Of a stretch of 27,733 bases of DNA, positions 1-9,442 are shown in pieces. Location of the stretch: contig JAVKIP010000029.1 in the NCBI GenBank assembly GCA_031459385.1, positions 1 through 27,733 on the forward strand, in the 5' to 3' direction. Source of the DNA: Candidatus Fervidifonticultor secundus. Lineage in GTDB: Bacteria; Sysuimicrobiota; Sysuimicrobiia; Sysuimicrobiales; Humicultoraceae. The position numbers were made by a program, and so were the translations under genes. How positions within the stretch are numbered: the first letter of the stretch is position 1; each line of letters starts with the position of its first letter. The notes under the pieces were generated by a model. That model worked only from the letters and a program-made list of their open reading frames with translations. It made no database searches and was not told where the DNA came from.

Positions 1-6
1 GAAGAT

Positions 7-45
7 GCGCCGGGGGCCGCCGGCGTCGCCGGCGGCCCCCGGCGC
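7..45 (-). terminator. Perfect 18-bp GC hairpin downstream of the ACT-domain gene; probable terminator
   Basis: gcgccgggggccgccggc (7-24) / loop gtc / gccggcggcccccggcgc (28-45) are exact reverse complements, 12 nt past the stop of 58..468(-). On the minus strand it is followed by aucuuc; any longer U tract is cut off by the window edge. Confidence 0.7.
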
Positions 46-57
46 GCAATGCGGGGC

Positions 58-468
58 TCAGGCGGCGCCCAGCACCTTCTTGGCCCTGTTCAGGTCGCGC
101 GCCTTCACCCAGATGATGGCGCCGAAGCGCCCACCCCATGCCATGGCGTCGGTCGCCGTGATGTTGATCTTGGCGTCGCTCAGCTTCTGAAAGCTGTCGA
201 CGAGGGCGCCGACCCGATCCTCGCCCTCGATCACAAAGGCCTTCTTGGGCCCCACGAGTTTCCAGCCGGCCTTGCGCGCCGCGGCCTTGAGCGCGGCGGC
301 GTCGGTGGGGAAGAAGTCGACCTGCGCCCTGCGGCCCTCGGGGAACGCGTGCAGCGCCATGAGGTTGACCCCGGCGTCCTTCAGCGTCTGGAGCACACGC
401 GCCCCCTCGCCGGGCCGGTCGCCGACCGTCACGTAGAAGTAGTCTACCACGCGCACCGTATCCATCAC
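58..468 (-). CDS. Tandem ACT-domain protein
   Basis: Two ACT-like repeats (V.DRPGEGARVLQTLKDAGVNL; EDRVGALVDSFQKLSDAKINI). SD GAGGAGG lies upstream; start is GTG 468 or ATG 465. Confidence 0.75.
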   Translation of the reverse strand: MMDTVRVVDYFYVTVGDRPGEGARVLQTLKDAGVNLMALHAFPEGRRAQVDFFPTDAAALKAAARKAGWKLVGPKKAFVIEGEDRVGALVDSFQKLSDAKINITATDAMAWGGRFGAIIWVKARDLNRAKKVLGAA

Positions 469-553
469 CTGCGCCTCCTCGTATCAGTGATGTGCGCCCC
501 TGCACGGATGATGTTAGCCCTCCCGGTGCCCGGTTCCTTGGTCGGCGGCCCAC

Positions 554-569
554 TCGAGCATGTGTTCGA
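554..569. promoter_or_regulatory. Possible LexA/SOS box (Gram-positive/actinobacterial type)
   Basis: TCGAGC-ATGT-GTTCGA is one mismatch from TCGAAC-N4-GTTCGA; it lies in the divergent ACT/hsp20 intergenic region. Confidence 0.35.
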
Positions 570-719
570 TAGGGGCCCCGGCGGGGGGCTCGTGGCCTCC
601 GCGTCCGGGCTCCGCGCGGCGTGCCTGCCATGCCCCCGCTGCAACCCGGGCCTGTGCGCGGACCGGACGCTGCCTGGCGCCGCCCGCCAGGGCGGGGTTC
701 TGCGGGTGCGCGATATACC

Positions 720-763
720 GTCAAGGAAAATGGCTTGACAACTGCGCGCCGGGTGCGTATCTG
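720..763 (+). promoter_or_regulatory. sigma70-type promoter of hsp20 with overlapping inverted repeat
   Basis: TTGACA (735-740), N17, TATCTG (758-763). Inverted repeat GTCAAG-N8-CTTGAC (720-739) overlaps the -35. Confidence 0.55.
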
Positions 764-856
764 AGTAGATGGACGATGTCCGCGGCTCCCCGGTGGACTG
801 GACGGGCGCCGGCGGAGTGCGCGGCGAGAACCCTGAGATGGAAGGAGGTGACGACG

Positions 857-1291
857 ATGCTGGCGAGGTGGACGCCCTTCCAGGAGCTGTACGCGCTCCA
901 GCGGGACCTGATCCGCCTGTTCGACCGCACGTTCGGGTCCCCGTTCGCGGCTTCCGCGACCTTCGTGCCCAACTGCGAGGCGTACTACAAGGACGGCCAC
1001 TTCGTGGTCCGGGCCGAGCTCGCGGGGGTCGACCCGAGGACCGTCGACGTCGCCGTGGCGGGGCACACGCTGACCATCAAGGGTGAGCGCAAGGGTCCGC
1101 AGGTGCCCGCGGACGACCGGCTCTTCGGGGAGATCGACTACGGGACCTTCGAGCGCGCCATCACGCTGCCCCAGGGCCTTGAGTCCGACCAGGTGAAGGC
1201 CCGGTGGCAGGATGGTATCCTGGAGATCACGATTCCGGTCTCCCAGGCGCTGATGCCCCGGAAGGTCCCGGTGGAGATGGTGCGGGCGTAG
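857..1291 (+). CDS. Small heat-shock protein, Hsp20/alpha-crystallin family (144 aa)
   Basis: MLARWTPFQEL N-terminus, VRAELAGV, LTIKGER, YGTFERAITLP, DGILEITIP and C-terminal V-P-V (IxI-like) motif. SD AAGGAGG precedes ATG 857; the ORF-track start at 560 is too far upstream. Confidence 0.93.
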   Translation: MLARWTPFQELYALQRDLIRLFDRTFGSPFAASATFVPNCEAYYKDGHFVVRAELAGVDPRTVDVAVAGHTLTIKGERKGPQVPADDRLFGEIDYGTFERAITLPQGLESDQVKARWQDGILEITIPVSQALMPRKVPVEMVRA

Positions 1292-1422
1292 GACACCGTT
1301 CGTCCCGCGCCTGCCATGATCGCGGGTCGGTCCCGCGGCCCGCGGTCACCCCGGCGCGTGGGGTGCCTCGCGCGGCGCCGCGCCGTCGTCGGGGGCCGCG
1401 GGCACGCGGCTGCGCGCCGTGC

Positions 1423-2961
1423 CTACCGGCGCTCTGGTTCCCAGCCGTAGACCGGGAGGATGTCCACCGGCGCGTAGTTGTCCGTCAGCAGGGGCACATC
1501 GTCGGTGGCTACCCGGGGGGCGTAGTAGTCGCTGGCGTAGCGGTCCAGCGCCACGCGCACGCGCCCTTCCGCACGCAGACGGCGTGCGGTAGCCGCGATC
1601 TCGTCCGCCCGCATTCCAGCGCGCCCGGTGGCGATCAAGATGATGGTGCGCGTCTCGGCGGCATTTCGTCCGATGCTGAAGGCTGTGGGAAACGGGTAGA
1701 GGCCAGGGAATACGGCGGCGTAGGTCTTGTGCAGCGCCCGGTAGAGGTAGCTGTGTGGGCCCTCCAGGGCGCCGATGATGTTCGACACGACCACGCCGCC
1801 GGGGGCGAGCCGGGCCCGCACCAGCTCCAGGAACTCCTTCGTCGCCAGATGAAACGGGATCCCCTCGGCGAAGTAGGCGTCGAGGACGATCAGGTCGTAG
1901 CGCGCCTCGGTGCGACGCAGGTGGACCCGGCCGTCCTGCACGACGATCCGGTGCCGGGGGTCGTCTCGTACCTCGAAGAACCGGCGGGCGACGTCCACGA
2001 CCGCCGGGTCCAGTTCCACGCTTTCCACGGCCGCGTCGGCGTAGTCGCGCAGGAACCGCTTGGGGATCGAGCCGGCGCCGAGCCCGACCACCAGCGCCCG
2101 CCGCCACGTCGGGTGGAAGATCCGCGCCAGGTGTGCGTAGGACGTGTACAGGAACGGGCTCTCGTAGGGGTCGCGCAGCACCATACCGCCCTGGAACGAC
2201 CGGTTGAACCGCAGGTAGCGGTTGAGCCCGTCCTCGAACACGCTGATCTGGTGGTACGCGCTGTCCTTCTCGTAGATCACGCGTGTCGCCGGGAGCATAC
2301 GGGGGCCCGCGCCGGCGGGCCAGGCCGCCAGCAGCGCCGCGCCGGCCGTGACCGCCACAGCCCGCCGCACTCTGGGGCTCCGTGCCTCCTGCAGCAGCAG
2401 CAGTCCCGCGAGCGCCAGGAGCCCCCCGCCTAGCAGGTAGAGGATCGCGCGCACGCCCAGCGTCGGCACCAGGAAGAAGGCGGTGCCAAGCGTCCCCGCG
2501 ATGCTGCCGGCGGTGGACAGCGCGTAGAGCATCCCGGCGCTGGTCCCGACCGTGGCCAGGTCCTGGGCCACGAGCTTGATGGCGAACGGCGAGGTGGTCC
2601 CCATGAGAATGCTGGGCAGCGCGAAGAGCGTCACCGACGCCAGCAACGGGGCCAGCCGGGGCCCCGGATTCCAGGCATCGAAGGCGGCCAGCACCGGCCG
2701 GGCAACGATCGGCAGCAGGAGGATCGTTAGGCCGGCGAGCACCAGGAGTCCGGCCAGCACCCTCGCTCGCGGCCAGCGGTCGGCCATGGTGCCGCCCACG
2801 TAGTACCCGAGGCTCAGCGCCGCCAGGAAGATGCTGATCAGGGCGCCCCACACGTACACCGAACTCCCGAAGAACGGCGCGATGAGCCGGCTACCGACGA
2901 TCTCCAGTCCCATGAGGATCGCGCCGCTGCCGAACACCACCACCCGAAGGACCACACCCAT
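1423..2961 (-). CDS. Fused MFS-like membrane domain / spermidine-synthase-like SAM-binding domain protein
   Basis: About 7 N-terminal TM segments (GLEIVGSRLIAPFFGSS, LYALSTAGSIAGT). C-terminal class I SAM fold motifs VVGLGAGS, VELDPAVV, QDGR, YDLIVLDAY, LLTDNYAP. Confidence 0.88.
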   Translation of the reverse strand: MGVVLRVVVFGSGAILMGLEIVGSRLIAPFFGSSVYVWGALISIFLAALSLGYYVGGTMADRWPRARVLAGLLVLAGLTILLLPIVARPVLAAFDAWNPGPRLAPLLASVTLFALPSILMGTTSPFAIKLVAQDLATVGTSAGMLYALSTAGSIAGTLGTAFFLVPTLGVRAILYLLGGGLLALAGLLLLQEARSPRVRRAVAVTAGAALLAAWPAGAGPRMLPATRVIYEKDSAYHQISVFEDGLNRYLRFNRSFQGGMVLRDPYESPFLYTSYAHLARIFHPTWRRALVVGLGAGSIPKRFLRDYADAAVESVELDPAVVDVARRFFEVRDDPRHRIVVQDGRVHLRRTEARYDLIVLDAYFAEGIPFHLATKEFLELVRARLAPGGVVVSNIIGALEGPHSYLYRALHKTYAAVFPGLYPFPTAFSIGRNAAETRTIILIATGRAGMRADEIAATARRLRAEGRVRVALDRYASDYYAPRVATDDVPLLTDNYAPVDILPVYGWEPERR

Positions 2962-3053
2962 CGCCTCCGCGACCCGCCGCGCGCGCCCGTGCGGCGCCCG
3001 TGCTCCTCCGGACGATTCGTGTTGGAGGCGGATGGTGCCTGCCGTCGGTGGGC

Positions 3054-3081
3054 ATGCTATACTCTACCGTCGGGTTGTCAA
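3054..3081. promoter_or_regulatory. Overlapping divergent sigma70-type promoters (pyk and spermidine-synthase-like gene)
   Basis: Plus strand: extended -10 TG-c-TATACT (3055-3063). Minus strand: TTGACA (3081-3076), N16, TAGCAT (3059-3054). Confidence 0.55.
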
Positions 3082-4508
3082 TGCAGACACCGTCGCGCAC
3101 CAAGATCGTCGCGACGCTGGGGCCGGCGTCGGCGTCCCCCGACGTGATCCGGGGCATGCTGGAGGGTGGGGCCAGCGTCGTGCGGCTGAACTTCTCCCAC
3201 GGGACGCCCGACGACCACCTGCGCCGGCTGGAGGTCGCCCGCGAGACCGCGGATGCCCTCGGGCTGCCCCTGGCCGTGCTCCAGGATCTCCCCGGTCCAA
3301 AGATGCGCATCGGTCTGCTGCCCGACGCCGCCGTCACGCTGCGCGAGGGGCAGGAGGTGCTGCTCGCCAGCAACGGCGGCGCGCAGGGCGGAGATGTGAT
3401 CCCCCTGGGCTACACGCACCTGGCGGACGACGTCCGGCCCGGCCACCGGATCTTCCTGCAGGACGGCGACCTGGCCCTGGTGGTGCAGCAAGTCGAGGCG
3501 TCCTGCGTGCGGTGCATCGTGGAGTCGGGCGGCCTGCTGCGCCAGCACGCCGGCGTCAACGTACCCGGCGTCCGCCTGTCGGGTATCCCGGCCATGACCG
3601 AGGACGACCTGCGGTCGCTGCAGTGGGGCATCGCGCAGGACGTGGACTTCATCGGCCTGTCTTTCGTCGAGTCCGCCGAAGACCTGGAACGCGCGCGGCG
3701 CCTCATTACCGTGCGGGGCGGGCGCGCCAGGCTGGTGGCGAAGATCGAGCGCCGCCGGGCGCTGGATCGCATCGAGGAGATCGTGGCGGCGGCCGATGCC
3801 GTGATGGTGGCCCGCGGGGATCTGGCGGTCGAGACATCGATCGAGGAGGTCCCCGTGGTGCAGAAGAGCATCATCGCCCTCTGCAACCGCCTGGGGAAGC
3901 CGGTGATCACGGCGACGCAGATGCTGGAGAGCATGATCACCCACCCGCGCCCGACGCGGGCCGAAGCCGCCGATGTCGCCAACGCGGTCTTCGACGGCAC
4001 CGACGCCCTCATGCTCTCGGGCGAGACGGCGCTGGGCGCGCATCCCGTCGCCGCGGTCACCACCATGGCGACCATCGCCCGGCGCGCCGAGGCTGCGCTG
4101 CCCTACGACCTCATGCTGCGCGAGCGGCGCCGGGAGCGCGCGGGCCAGACCGGCGAGGCCATCGCTCTGGCCGCGTGCGAAGCGGCCGAGGCGCTGGGGG
4201 CGGCGGCGATCGTGGCCGCCACCGAGTCCGGGGCGACCGCGCTGCGGGTCTCGCGGTACCGGCCCCGGCGCCCTATCGTGGCGGTAACCCACAATCCGGC
4301 GACCTGGCGCGCGCTGGCCATGGTGTGGGGCGTCCGGCCGGCCCTGGTCGAGCCCGTCGGCGACCTCGACGAGCTGGTGGCCCGCGGGGTCCGCGCGGCC
4401 GTCGACCTGGGCGTGGTGCGCGCGGGCGACCTGGCGGTGGTGACCGCCGGGTTCCCCCTGGGCCGCTCCGGCACCACCAACTTCCTCAAGGTCGTGCAGG
4501 TGCACTAA
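3081..4508 (+). CDS. pyk: Pyruvate kinase
   Basis: RTKIVATLGPAS, RLNFSHG, DLPGPKMR, AKIE, MVARGDL, ATQMLESM, PTRAEAADVANAVFDGTDALMLSGETA. Confidence 0.97.
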   Translation: MQTPSRTKIVATLGPASASPDVIRGMLEGGASVVRLNFSHGTPDDHLRRLEVARETADALGLPLAVLQDLPGPKMRIGLLPDAAVTLREGQEVLLASNGGAQGGDVIPLGYTHLADDVRPGHRIFLQDGDLALVVQQVEASCVRCIVESGGLLRQHAGVNVPGVRLSGIPAMTEDDLRSLQWGIAQDVDFIGLSFVESAEDLERARRLITVRGGRARLVAKIERRRALDRIEEIVAAADAVMVARGDLAVETSIEEVPVVQKSIIALCNRLGKPVITATQMLESMITHPRPTRAEAADVANAVFDGTDALMLSGETALGAHPVAAVTTMATIARRAEAALPYDLMLRERRRERAGQTGEAIALAACEAAEALGAAAIVAATESGATALRVSRYRPRRPIVAVTHNPATWRALAMVWGVRPALVEPVGDLDELVARGVRAAVDLGVVRAGDLAVVTAGFPLGRSGTTNFLKVVQVH

Positions 4509-4541
4509 GCGTCGGCCTGAGCCATCCCGGAAGGAGCACCC

Positions 4542-6254
4542 ATGACCGTCGCCGCCGACCTTTCCGCGCAGTTCCCGCGCCGTTTCGTGCCGCCCGATGC
4601 CGACCTCGGCGACTGGGGGCAGATCGAGCCGCTGCTCCAGCGCCTGCTGCAAACGACGCCCGACTCGCCCGAGGCGCTGGTACGCTGGCTGGAGGACGTC
4701 AGCGAACTCCTGGCAGCCGTGGACGAGGTGCGCGCGCGCCGGTACGTGGCCTACACGGTACAGACCAACGACCCCGCCCGCGAGCGGGCGTACCTGGCGT
4801 TCATCGAGGAGATCCAGCCGCGGCTGAAGCCGCTCGTCCACGCCCTGGATGTCGCCTATCTGACGAACCCCCATCGCGGGGCGCTGCCACCGCGTTTCGC
4901 GGTGCTCGACCGGCGCATCGCCAACCGGGTGGCGCTCTTCTGCCCCGAGAACGTGCCCCTGGAGACCGACGAGGCGCGCCTGAAGCAGCAATACCAGAAG
5001 ATCACCGGAGCCATGACCGTGACCTACCAGGGGCGCGAGCACACCCTGCAGCAGATGGCGCGCTACCTGGAAGAGCCCGACCGCAGCACGCGTCAGGAGG
5101 CCTGGGAGCTCGTGGCCCGTCGCCGGCTGCAGGACCGCGGCGCGCTGGACGAGGTGTTCGACCGGCTGCTGGCGCTGCGGGAGCAGATCGCCCGCAACGC
5201 GGGGTATCCCGACTACCGGGCCTACGCCTTCCGCCTGCGCGAGCGGTTCGACTACACGCCCGAGGACTGCCTGCGCTTCCACGACGCGGTGGAGGAGGTC
5301 GTCGTGCCCCTGGTGCGGCGGCTCCACGGGCAGCGACGCCAGGCGCTAGGGGTCGAGACGCTGCGACCGTGGGACCTTGATGTCGATCCGCACGGCCGTT
5401 CGCCGCTGCGGCCGTTCCAGCACGTCGAGGAACTGCTGGACGGCACCGAGGCGATCTTCTGCCGCGTGGACCCCGACCTCGCCCGGCAGTTTCGGTTCCT
5501 GCGAGAGCAAGGGCTGCTGGACCTGGAGAGCCGCGTCGGCAAGGCCCCCGGCGGCTATCAGGCCGAGTTCGCCGAGCAGCGGGTGCCCTTTATCTTCATG
5601 AACGCCGTGGGGGTCGAGGCCGACGTGCGCACGCTGCTGCACGAGGGCGGACACGCCTTCCACTTCCTGGCGAGCCGCGCCGAGCCGCTCCTCGATCTGC
5701 GCGAGCCGCCCATCGAGTTCGCCGAGGTGGCGTCGATGGGCATGGAACTGCTGGCGATGCCGCACCTGGACGTCTTCTATCGCGACCCCCCCGCAGCAGC
5801 CCGGGCGCGGCGCCAGCAGTACGAGCGGGTGCTGCTCCTGTTCCCCTGGGTGGCCACGGTCGACGCGTTCCAGCACTGGTTGTACACCCATCCGGGACAC
5901 GCGCGGGAGGCCCGCGAGGCGGCCTGGGTCGCGCTTTACCGGCGGTTCCACCCGGACGTCGACTTCAGCGGGTACGAGGAGGCGCTGGCAACGGCCTGGC
6001 ACCGGCAGCTACACATCTTCCTGTACCCGTTCTACTACATCGAGTACGCCATCGCCGAGATGGGCGCGCTGTCCGTGTGGCTGCAGGCACGCGCCGATCC
6101 CGACGGCGCGGTGCGCCGTTACCGCGCCGCGCTGGCCCTGGCCGGCACGCGGCCGCTGCCCGAGCTGTTCGCGGCGGCCGGCGCGCGGTTCGAGCTGTCG
6201 GCCGAGGGGCTGCGCCCGCTGGCTGCGGCGCTGGCGGACGACGTGGGTCTCTAG
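4542..6254 (+). CDS. M3 family oligoendopeptidase (PepF-like)
   Basis: GKAPGGY, zinc motif LLHEGGHAFH, EFAEVASMGME, PFYYIEY; SD AAGGAG. Confidence 0.92.
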   Translation: MTVAADLSAQFPRRFVPPDADLGDWGQIEPLLQRLLQTTPDSPEALVRWLEDVSELLAAVDEVRARRYVAYTVQTNDPARERAYLAFIEEIQPRLKPLVHALDVAYLTNPHRGALPPRFAVLDRRIANRVALFCPENVPLETDEARLKQQYQKITGAMTVTYQGREHTLQQMARYLEEPDRSTRQEAWELVARRRLQDRGALDEVFDRLLALREQIARNAGYPDYRAYAFRLRERFDYTPEDCLRFHDAVEEVVVPLVRRLHGQRRQALGVETLRPWDLDVDPHGRSPLRPFQHVEELLDGTEAIFCRVDPDLARQFRFLREQGLLDLESRVGKAPGGYQAEFAEQRVPFIFMNAVGVEADVRTLLHEGGHAFHFLASRAEPLLDLREPPIEFAEVASMGMELLAMPHLDVFYRDPPAAARARRQQYERVLLLFPWVATVDAFQHWLYTHPGHAREAREAAWVALYRRFHPDVDFSGYEEALATAWHRQLHIFLYPFYYIEYAIAEMGALSVWLQARADPDGAVRRYRAALALAGTRPLPELFAAAGARFELSAEGLRPLAAALADDVGL

Positions 6255-6291
6255 GGGCGCCCGCGTGCCCGACGCGCGGCGGCCACGGGCG

Positions 6292-7302
6292 TCAGCGCCG
6301 CAGACCGTCCAGCAGCGCCCGCCACGCCGCCTCGCGCCTGCCCGGGACCAGCGGCTCGTAGAGACCCAGGCGGTCGAACTGCCCGCCGTACTCGGCGCGC
6401 AACTGCGCGGCCACGTCGTCGGGCGGGCCCCAGATCGCCGCTGCCGCCAGCAGGTCGTCGGGGATGAGCCCCGGCAGCGCGTCCCACTCGCCGCGCGCCG
6501 CGTGCCGGCTGAGCCGCGCGCCCAGGTCGTCCCAGCCGTGGAGCGCGAGGACGGGCCGGTACGTCGGCGTGGACGCGTAGAACGCCAGGGACCGGCGCAC
6601 TTCCTGCAGCCCCTCGGCCACGTCGGCCGCGGTGCCGGTGGCGACGAAGACCGATGCCGCGATGGAGATCTCGCGGCGCGCGCGCCCGGCGCGGCGCAGC
6701 CCCTCGGTGATCTGGGGGAGGATCACCTCGCGGAGGTAGCGCCGTGTGTGGAACGGGTGGACGTGGAATCCGTCGGCCACCTCGCCGGCCAGGCGGCACA
6801 TCCGGGCGCCGACGCCGGCGACCGCGATGCGCAGCGGCACCGGCGGGCCGGGGGGCACGAAGAACGGCGTCATGAGCGAGAGGGTGATGTAGCGCCCGTG
6901 GTAGGCCAGTGGACGGCCGTCGGTCCACGTCGCCCACACGGCGCGGAGCGCGCCGATCACGTCGCGCAGCCGCGGCACCGGCGGGGCCCAGGTCTGGCCG
7001 AAGCGACGCGTGACGTGGGCCTTGACCTGGGTACCGAGCCCCAGCACGAAGCGGCCGCCGGAGAGCTGCCCCAGGTCCCACGCCGTGTAGGCCAGCGTCG
7101 TCGGGCTGCGCGTGAAGGCCAGCGCGATGGCGGTACCCAGCACGAGGTGCGTGGAGTGCTCCGCCGCCAGGGCCACCGCCAGGAACGGGTCGTGGTTGAT
7201 CTCGTTGGCCCACAGGCCATCGAAGCCCAGCCGCTCCGCGGCCCGCGCCACCGCCGGGACCTCGTGGAGCGTACGAACCACCAGACGCGCGTCGACCTGC
7301 AT
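6292..7302 (-). CDS. LLM-class oxidoreductase, probably F420-dependent (TIGR03617-like)
   Basis: AERLGFDGLWANEINHDPF, GTAIALAFTRSP, SGGRFVLGLGTQVKAH..RRFG, GEVADGFHVHPF, FYASTPTY. Start taken at ATG 7302 (MQVDA). Confidence 0.85.
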   Translation of the reverse strand: MQVDARLVVRTLHEVPAVARAAERLGFDGLWANEINHDPFLAVALAAEHSTHLVLGTAIALAFTRSPTTLAYTAWDLGQLSGGRFVLGLGTQVKAHVTRRFGQTWAPPVPRLRDVIGALRAVWATWTDGRPLAYHGRYITLSLMTPFFVPPGPPVPLRIAVAGVGARMCRLAGEVADGFHVHPFHTRRYLREVILPQITEGLRRAGRARREISIAASVFVATGTAADVAEGLQEVRRSLAFYASTPTYRPVLALHGWDDLGARLSRHAARGEWDALPGLIPDDLLAAAAIWGPPDDVAAQLRAEYGGQFDRLGLYEPLVPGRREAAWRALLDGLRR

Positions 7303-7333
7303 GCGACTGTCGCACAGCATTCCACCGCAGGGG

Positions 7334-7361
7334 AGGAGTTCCCCTGCCATCGCCGAACACC
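7334..7361 (+). promoter_or_regulatory. sigma-H(Spo0H)-like promoter upstream of the cell-wall amidase
   Basis: AGGAGT-N14-CGAACACC (AGGA-N17-GAAC), with the same hexamer, octamer and spacing as the site before rph. Confidence 0.55.
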
Positions 7362-7440
7362 ACCGGGTCTTACGGGAGCGGTCGGAGGGTAGTGTACGAG
7401 TAGGTGGAGGGGAGGGTGGTCGGCGCACCGGGGACGGTGC

Positions 7441-9228
7441 ATGCGACCGCACATCGTCTGGGGTCTGGTCGCCACGCTCGCCGCGGGCCTAGCTGCACCC
7501 GCCGCGGGGGAGGCGGCGGTGCAGATCCTGGTCCACGGCATGCCACTGACCGTCGCCGGCCCGCCGCTCCTGCAGGCGGGGCAGGTCATGGTGCCGGCGG
7601 TGCGCGCCTTCGAGGCGTTTGGCGCGACGGCGCGATGGACACCCGCGGACCGCACGGTCCGCGTCAGCCAGCGGGGCGGGCTGCAGGTCCTGTTCCGCAT
7701 CGGCGAGCCGGTGGCCCTGGTCAACGGCCAGGCGCGACCGCTGCCCGCGGCGCCGATCGTCGTCGGCGACCAGGCGTATCTGCCGGCCGCCTTCGCGTTC
7801 GCGGCGCTGGGCGCGTGGGTGCGGTACGACGAGAGCACGCGGACCCTCCACGTCGCCTCGCAGATCACGGGGCTGGAACTAGCGCGCGCTCCTGATCGGC
7901 TGCGCGTGGTCGTCGAGGCGACCGGTCCCCTGCGGGCCGAGACGCGGGTGCTGGCGAATCCCGATCGGGTCGTCGTGGACCTGCACGGTGGTGCCTTCCG
8001 GCTGCCCGATCAGGACCTCGTCGTGGGCCACGCCGGCGTCGTGCGCGTGCGTGCCGCGCAGTTCCAGATCAAGCCCTACATCACGCGCGTCGTGCTCGCA
8101 GTGAGCGAGGCGGTCGAGGCGCGGGTCGTTCCGGCTGCAGGGTTCGGCCTGACGATCGAAGCCCGCCCGCGGGCGCTGCTCGCCGCGCCGCCCGCGCCGG
8201 GGGCGGGCGTTCCCCCCGCGCTGCCTGCGCCCCCGCCGGCCGCGCCGCCCTCCGCGGCCGGCCCGCCGCCGCCGTCGCCTCCCGTCCCGTGGGACGATCC
8301 CCACGGCCCGCGGCTCGCGCCGGAGCCTGCCGCCGCGCCCGACGACGGGCCCCTCCGGATCCAGCAGGTGCGGATCGAGCAGGGCGAGGGGCGCTTCCGG
8401 CTGGTGGTGGAGGGTACCCGGCCGTTCGAGCACACGGTGCGCGAGCTGGTGGATCCCGACCGGCTCGTCATCGACATCGCCGGGGCGGTCTTCGTGCCCG
8501 TCAAACAGGAGATCCCGGTCGCGGGCGCGGTGGTAGCCGAGGTGCGGGCCGCGCAGTTCCAGGCCGACCCCGACATCACGCGGGTCGTCGTGGTGTTCCG
8601 GCGCAAGGCGCCCTACACCGTGACGCCCGTGGGGGATGGCAGCACACTGGTCGTCGAGATCCCCGAGCCCTCGATGCGCGCCCACGTGGTGGCCATCGAC
8701 GCGGGCCACGGGGGGCGTGACATGGGGGCGACCGGTCCGACCGGTCTCCTGGAGAAGGATGTCGTGCTCGACATCGCCCTGCGGGCGCGCGAGGGCCTGG
8801 TCCGCGCAGGCGTGCGGGTGGTCATGACGCGCGAGACCGACGTCTACGTGGACCTGGCCGAGCGCCCGCGGCTGGCGCGGCAGCAGGGGGCCACGGTGTT
8901 CGTCAGCATCCACGCCAACGCGTCCGTCCGCCCCACGGCCAGCGGCGCCGAGACGTACTACCTGGCGCCCCAGAGCCAGGCGCTGGCGCAGATGATCCAG
9001 GACGAACTGGCGCGCGTCCCGGGGCTGGCCAACCGCGGCATCAAGACCGCCAACTTCCTGGTGCTGCGCGAGAACGAGATCCCGGCGGTGCTGGTGGAGG
9101 TGGCCTACCTGTCCAATCCCGACGAGGAGGGCCGGCTGCGCGCGTCCGGCTTCCGGCAGCAACTGGCGGAGGCTATCGTACGCGGGGTCCTGCGCTTCCT
9201 GTCGGTCTCCCCCTTGCCCGCCAGCTAG
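7441..9228 (+). CDS. N-acetylmuramoyl-L-alanine amidase (Amidase_3) with signal peptide, copper-amine-oxidase-N-like stalk domain and two AMIN domains
   Basis: Signal peptide. AMIN repeats (PDRVVVDL...VRAAQFQ..P.ITRVV twice) are separated by a Pro-rich linker. Catalytic [28 protein letters not shown]. Confidence 0.92.
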   Translation: MRPHIVWGLVATLAAGLAAPAAGEAAVQILVHGMPLTVAGPPLLQAGQVMVPAVRAFEAFGATARWTPADRTVRVSQRGGLQVLFRIGEPVALVNGQARPLPAAPIVVGDQAYLPAAFAFAALGAWVRYDESTRTLHVASQITGLELARAPDRLRVVVEATGPLRAETRVLANPDRVVVDLHGGAFRLPDQDLVVGHAGVVRVRAAQFQIKPYITRVVLAVSEAVEARVVPAAGFGLTIEARPRALLAAPPAPGAGVPPALPAPPPAAPPSAAGPPPPSPPVPWDDPHGPRLAPEPAAAPDDGPLRIQQVRIEQGEGRFRLVVEGTRPFEHTVRELVDPDRLVIDIAGAVFVPVKQEIPVAGAVVAEVRAAQFQADPDITRVVVVFRRKAPYTVTPVGDGSTLVVEIPEPSMRAHVVAIDAGHGGRDMGATGPTGLLEKDVVLDIALRAREGLVRAGVRVVMTRETDVYVDLAERPRLARQQGATVFVSIHANASVRPTASGAETYYLAPQSQALAQMIQDELARVPGLANRGIKTANFLVLRENEIPAVLVEVAYLSNPDEEGRLRASGFRQQLAEAIVRGVLRFLSVSPLPAS

Positions 9229-9377
9229 GCGCGTTTCGCCGCGTGGCCCGACCGGGGGCGTGGCGGGTCCCGGGCTGTCTGGGCGGTGCCCCCGGGCGGT
9301 CCGCCGCGCCTGGGGACGTGCTGCCGCGCGTCCGGTGCGATCTGCCGTGCCCCGGGGGGCTCGCGCAGCTCGTCCCC

Positions 9378-9405
9378 AGGAGTCGGCGCGGCACCGGCGA
9401 ACACC
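9378..9405 (+). promoter_or_regulatory. sigma-H-like promoter upstream of rph
   Basis: AGGAGT-N14-CGAACACC, 37 nt before the rph ATG. Confidence 0.55.
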
Positions 9406-9442
9406 TGAGGCGGCCCGCATTTCAGCACAGGGCGAGGTCTCC

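Noticed and set aside
560..856. ORF-track N-terminal extensions (hsp20; likewise pyk, rph, M20, VWA2, LuxR)
   Set aside because: The extensions lack family similarity and overlap promoters, RNA elements or upstream genes; downstream starts fit better.
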